Source: Candidatus Zixiibacteriota bacterium
GTDB lineage: Bacteria > Zixibacteria > MSB-5A5 > CAIYYT01
Reading direction: 5' to 3'
NCBI GenBank assembly: GCA_040235515.1
Contig: JBECKX010000125.1
Coordinates: 1-17,595 of the forward strand
Length of the DNA stretch: 17,595 nucleotides
Shown in pieces: positions 15,726 to 17,595 of this stretch. The translations under genes were made by a program, and so were the position numbers. Each line of letters opens with the position of its first letter. Positions within the stretch are counted from its first letter, which is position 1. Under the pieces are notes generated by a model. It searched no databases. It was not told the origin of the DNA and was given only the letters and a program-made list of their open reading frames with translations.

Positions 15726-17468
15726 TTATCGCTTCAATTTGGCCTGCAGTACCGCATTTTCCGGATCAGCGGCGAGCGCCTTGCTCCAGGCGTCACGCGC
15801 CTCCTCGGTGTGACCCAGGGCGGCATGGATATCGCCGAGATGTTCGGTGACGACCGGGTCGTCGGGCACAAGTGTCACTGCCTTGCGAATCTGTGCGAGC
15901 GCCTCTGAATAGCGCCCCAGCTTGTAGAGCACCCAGGCGTAACTATCCAGGTAAGCCCCGTTGTCCGGTTCGGCTCCCACTGCCTTCTCGATCATGACCA
16001 ATGCTTCATCAAGCCTCTCCCCCTTGTCGGCAAGCATATAGCCCAGGTAGTTCAGAGTTGGATGGTGGTGGGGATTCAATGACAGGAGCAGCTCAAACGC
16101 CTCCACTGCCTTGTCGAACTCGCCCAATTTCTCATACTCGGCACCTGTTTGGAACAGCGCTCTGACGGTGTCGCCGCCATTTTCCACGACTTGCCGCAAA
16201 ACGACAATTGCCGAATCCGACATCTGCTTCTCGGAAAGGAGTTGCGCCATAAAGAGCCGAATGTTGTTCTGATCATCGCGTACCTGGCCAAGCGCCGTCT
16301 CAAGCACTTTCATCGCGCTGTCCGGCATCTCCTGCCTTTGCAGAATGAATGCCAGATTGGTCCAACCATCCGGCACGGTCGAGTCGGCAGCGATCAGATG
16401 ATCGAAATAGACTCGCGCGGAGTCGTAATTCTCCTGCTGGATTGCATAGCGCCCCAGATAGAAGAGGGCATAACGGTTCTCCGCATCGACCGACAGTATC
16501 TTGTCGAAGAAACGTTGTGCGACATCCGGCATATTCTCTCGCATCAGCACGATGGCGATTCGCTGCAGCACATCAATATCAAGTTCATCATCCTTCAGAC
16601 TCAATATCCGATCCGCGACAATCCGCACCGAATCTTTGTTGTCTTCGATATTGTAGCTTTCGAGCAGTTGCGCGAGCAGGAGCGGATCTCTCGGATGCAG
16701 AGTGATCCCGCGACTCAATGCCTGCTTGGCTGCCTCGTGGTGCCCCGCCTGGTGGAGATAGAGCGCGTATTGCCCATACTTCTGCGGATTATTCTGATCG
16801 AGATCGAGTGAGGATTTCATGAACGCGGCTGCCGAATCATACATCTGCGAGCCGGCGTACATTTCGGCGATCCGTTCAAACAGGTCTGCGTTCATCGAGT
16901 ATTGCGCCGCCCGGCGGAAGTAGCTGCCGGCGCGATTGATATCATTTGCCTGCGCGGCATAGAGTCCGAGGTTGTAATTGAAATTCACATCCGTCGAGTC
17001 CTGCTCCCATCCCTGCTGATAGGCGGCCTCGGCCTTTTCATGTTGCCCCAGTTCTCGGAAGGCATCACCCATCAAGCCGTAGACCTTGCTGTCTTTTCCC
17101 TTGATCGGCAGCAGGGTTTCGAGCGCCTGTGAAGGGCGATTGAGATTCAGGTAGAGTACTCCCAGCGAGAGCCGGATATCGTACGAAGTCGGCTCATACG
17201 AGAGCGCCTGCTCATATTCTCGCACCGCTGCGTCAAACGCGTGCTCCTGTTCATAGATCGTGGCGTTTACGAAATGGTCGTAAGCCGCTTCGTTGATCTC
17301 GGGGGCGGGCGCCGGAGGCGGCGCAGGAACCTTACCCTTCGCCGGCGTGCTCATGACATCATTCTGCTGCGACTGTGAAGCACAGCCGGTAAAGATGAGC
17401 ATCGTCAGGCTCAGGCAGAGCAGAGCCGCGAATATCCTCAGGTTGAATTGACGCATTGAGTATCGCAA
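15726..17468 (-). CDS. Tetratricopeptide-repeat lipoprotein
   Basis: Lipobox-like LIFTG|C, Pro-rich linker PAKGKVPAPPPAPAP, many TPR units, C-terminal LNYLGYMLAD...EPDNGAYLDS.AWVLYKLG...HLGD. The start could be ATG 17456. Confidence 0.9.
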   Translation of the reverse strand: MRYSMRQFNLRIFAALLCLSLTMLIFTGCASQSQQNDVMSTPAKGKVPAPPPAPAPEINEAAYDHFVNATIYEQEHAFDAAVREYEQALSYEPTSYDIRLSLGVLYLNLNRPSQALETLLPIKGKDSKVYGLMGDAFRELGQHEKAEAAYQQGWEQDSTDVNFNYNLGLYAAQANDINRAGSYFRRAAQYSMNADLFERIAEMYAGSQMYDSAAAFMKSSLDLDQNNPQKYGQYALYLHQAGHHEAAKQALSRGITLHPRDPLLLAQLLESYNIEDNKDSVRIVADRILSLKDDELDIDVLQRIAIVLMRENMPDVAQRFFDKILSVDAENRYALFYLGRYAIQQENYDSARVYFDHLIAADSTVPDGWTNLAFILQRQEMPDSAMKVLETALGQVRDDQNNIRLFMAQLLSEKQMSDSAIVVLRQVVENGGDTVRALFQTGAEYEKLGEFDKAVEAFELLLSLNPHHHPTLNYLGYMLADKGERLDEALVMIEKAVGAEPDNGAYLDSYAWVLYKLGRYSEALAQIRKAVTLVPDDPVVTEHLGDIHAALGHTEEARDAWSKALAADPENAVLQAKLKR

Positions 17469-17470
17469 AA

Positions 17471-17595
17471 CTATTTCGTTACCTTGCCTTTCACCTTGTA
17501 GAAACCACGCTTTCCGACCTTGAGGAGGTACTCACCCGCAACGGCGAGCTTGATCGTGTGGTCCTCTACTTTATCGCCGTCGATCGAAACACCAC
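17471..17595 (-). CDS. tyrS: Tyrosyl-tRNA synthetase C-terminal S4 domain (3' end only)
   Basis: Manual translation GVSIDGDKVEDHTIKLAVAGEYLLKVGKRGFYKVKGKVTK* with stop at 17473-17471. GV.IDG.K and L.VGKR.F are typical of the TyrRS C-terminus. Confidence 0.82.
   Translation of the reverse strand, partial: GVSIDGDKVEDHTIKLAVAGEYLLKVGKRGFYKVKGKVTK

Noticed and set aside
1..17595. CRISPR arrays, IS/transposases, integrases, tRNA/rRNA, defence systems
   Set aside because: No spaced direct repeats, mobility genes or structural RNA signatures were seen by eye; nearly all sequence is explained by the listed genes.

Overview
A 17.6 kb bacterial chromosomal housekeeping and accessory region, about 55% GC by eye, with no mobile elements, CRISPR, tRNA or rRNA detected. 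Left to right: a minus-strand operon of M20 dipeptidase, atypical SDR and EamA transporter (cut by the window edge); two plus-strand peroxiredoxins (AhpC-type, Tpx-type); a TPP riboswitch with a long structured leader controlling a TonB-dependent receptor, a sodium:solute symporter and a DUF456 protein (probable thiamine/precursor uptake); a divergent DUF1015-serA-serC operon with no serB in it; a secreted protein with a twin dockerin-like C-terminal repeat (suggesting Zixibacteria, by inference); a LemA-TPM-TPM trio; a TPR lipoprotein; and the 3' end of tyrS. The most interesting items are the ParB/Srx-motif DUF1015 in the serB slot of a serine operon, the riboswitch-controlled TBDR + SSS module with a readable terminator/antiterminator switch, and the dockerin-like C-terminal domain. 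Family assignments come from motif recognition only; no searches were run.
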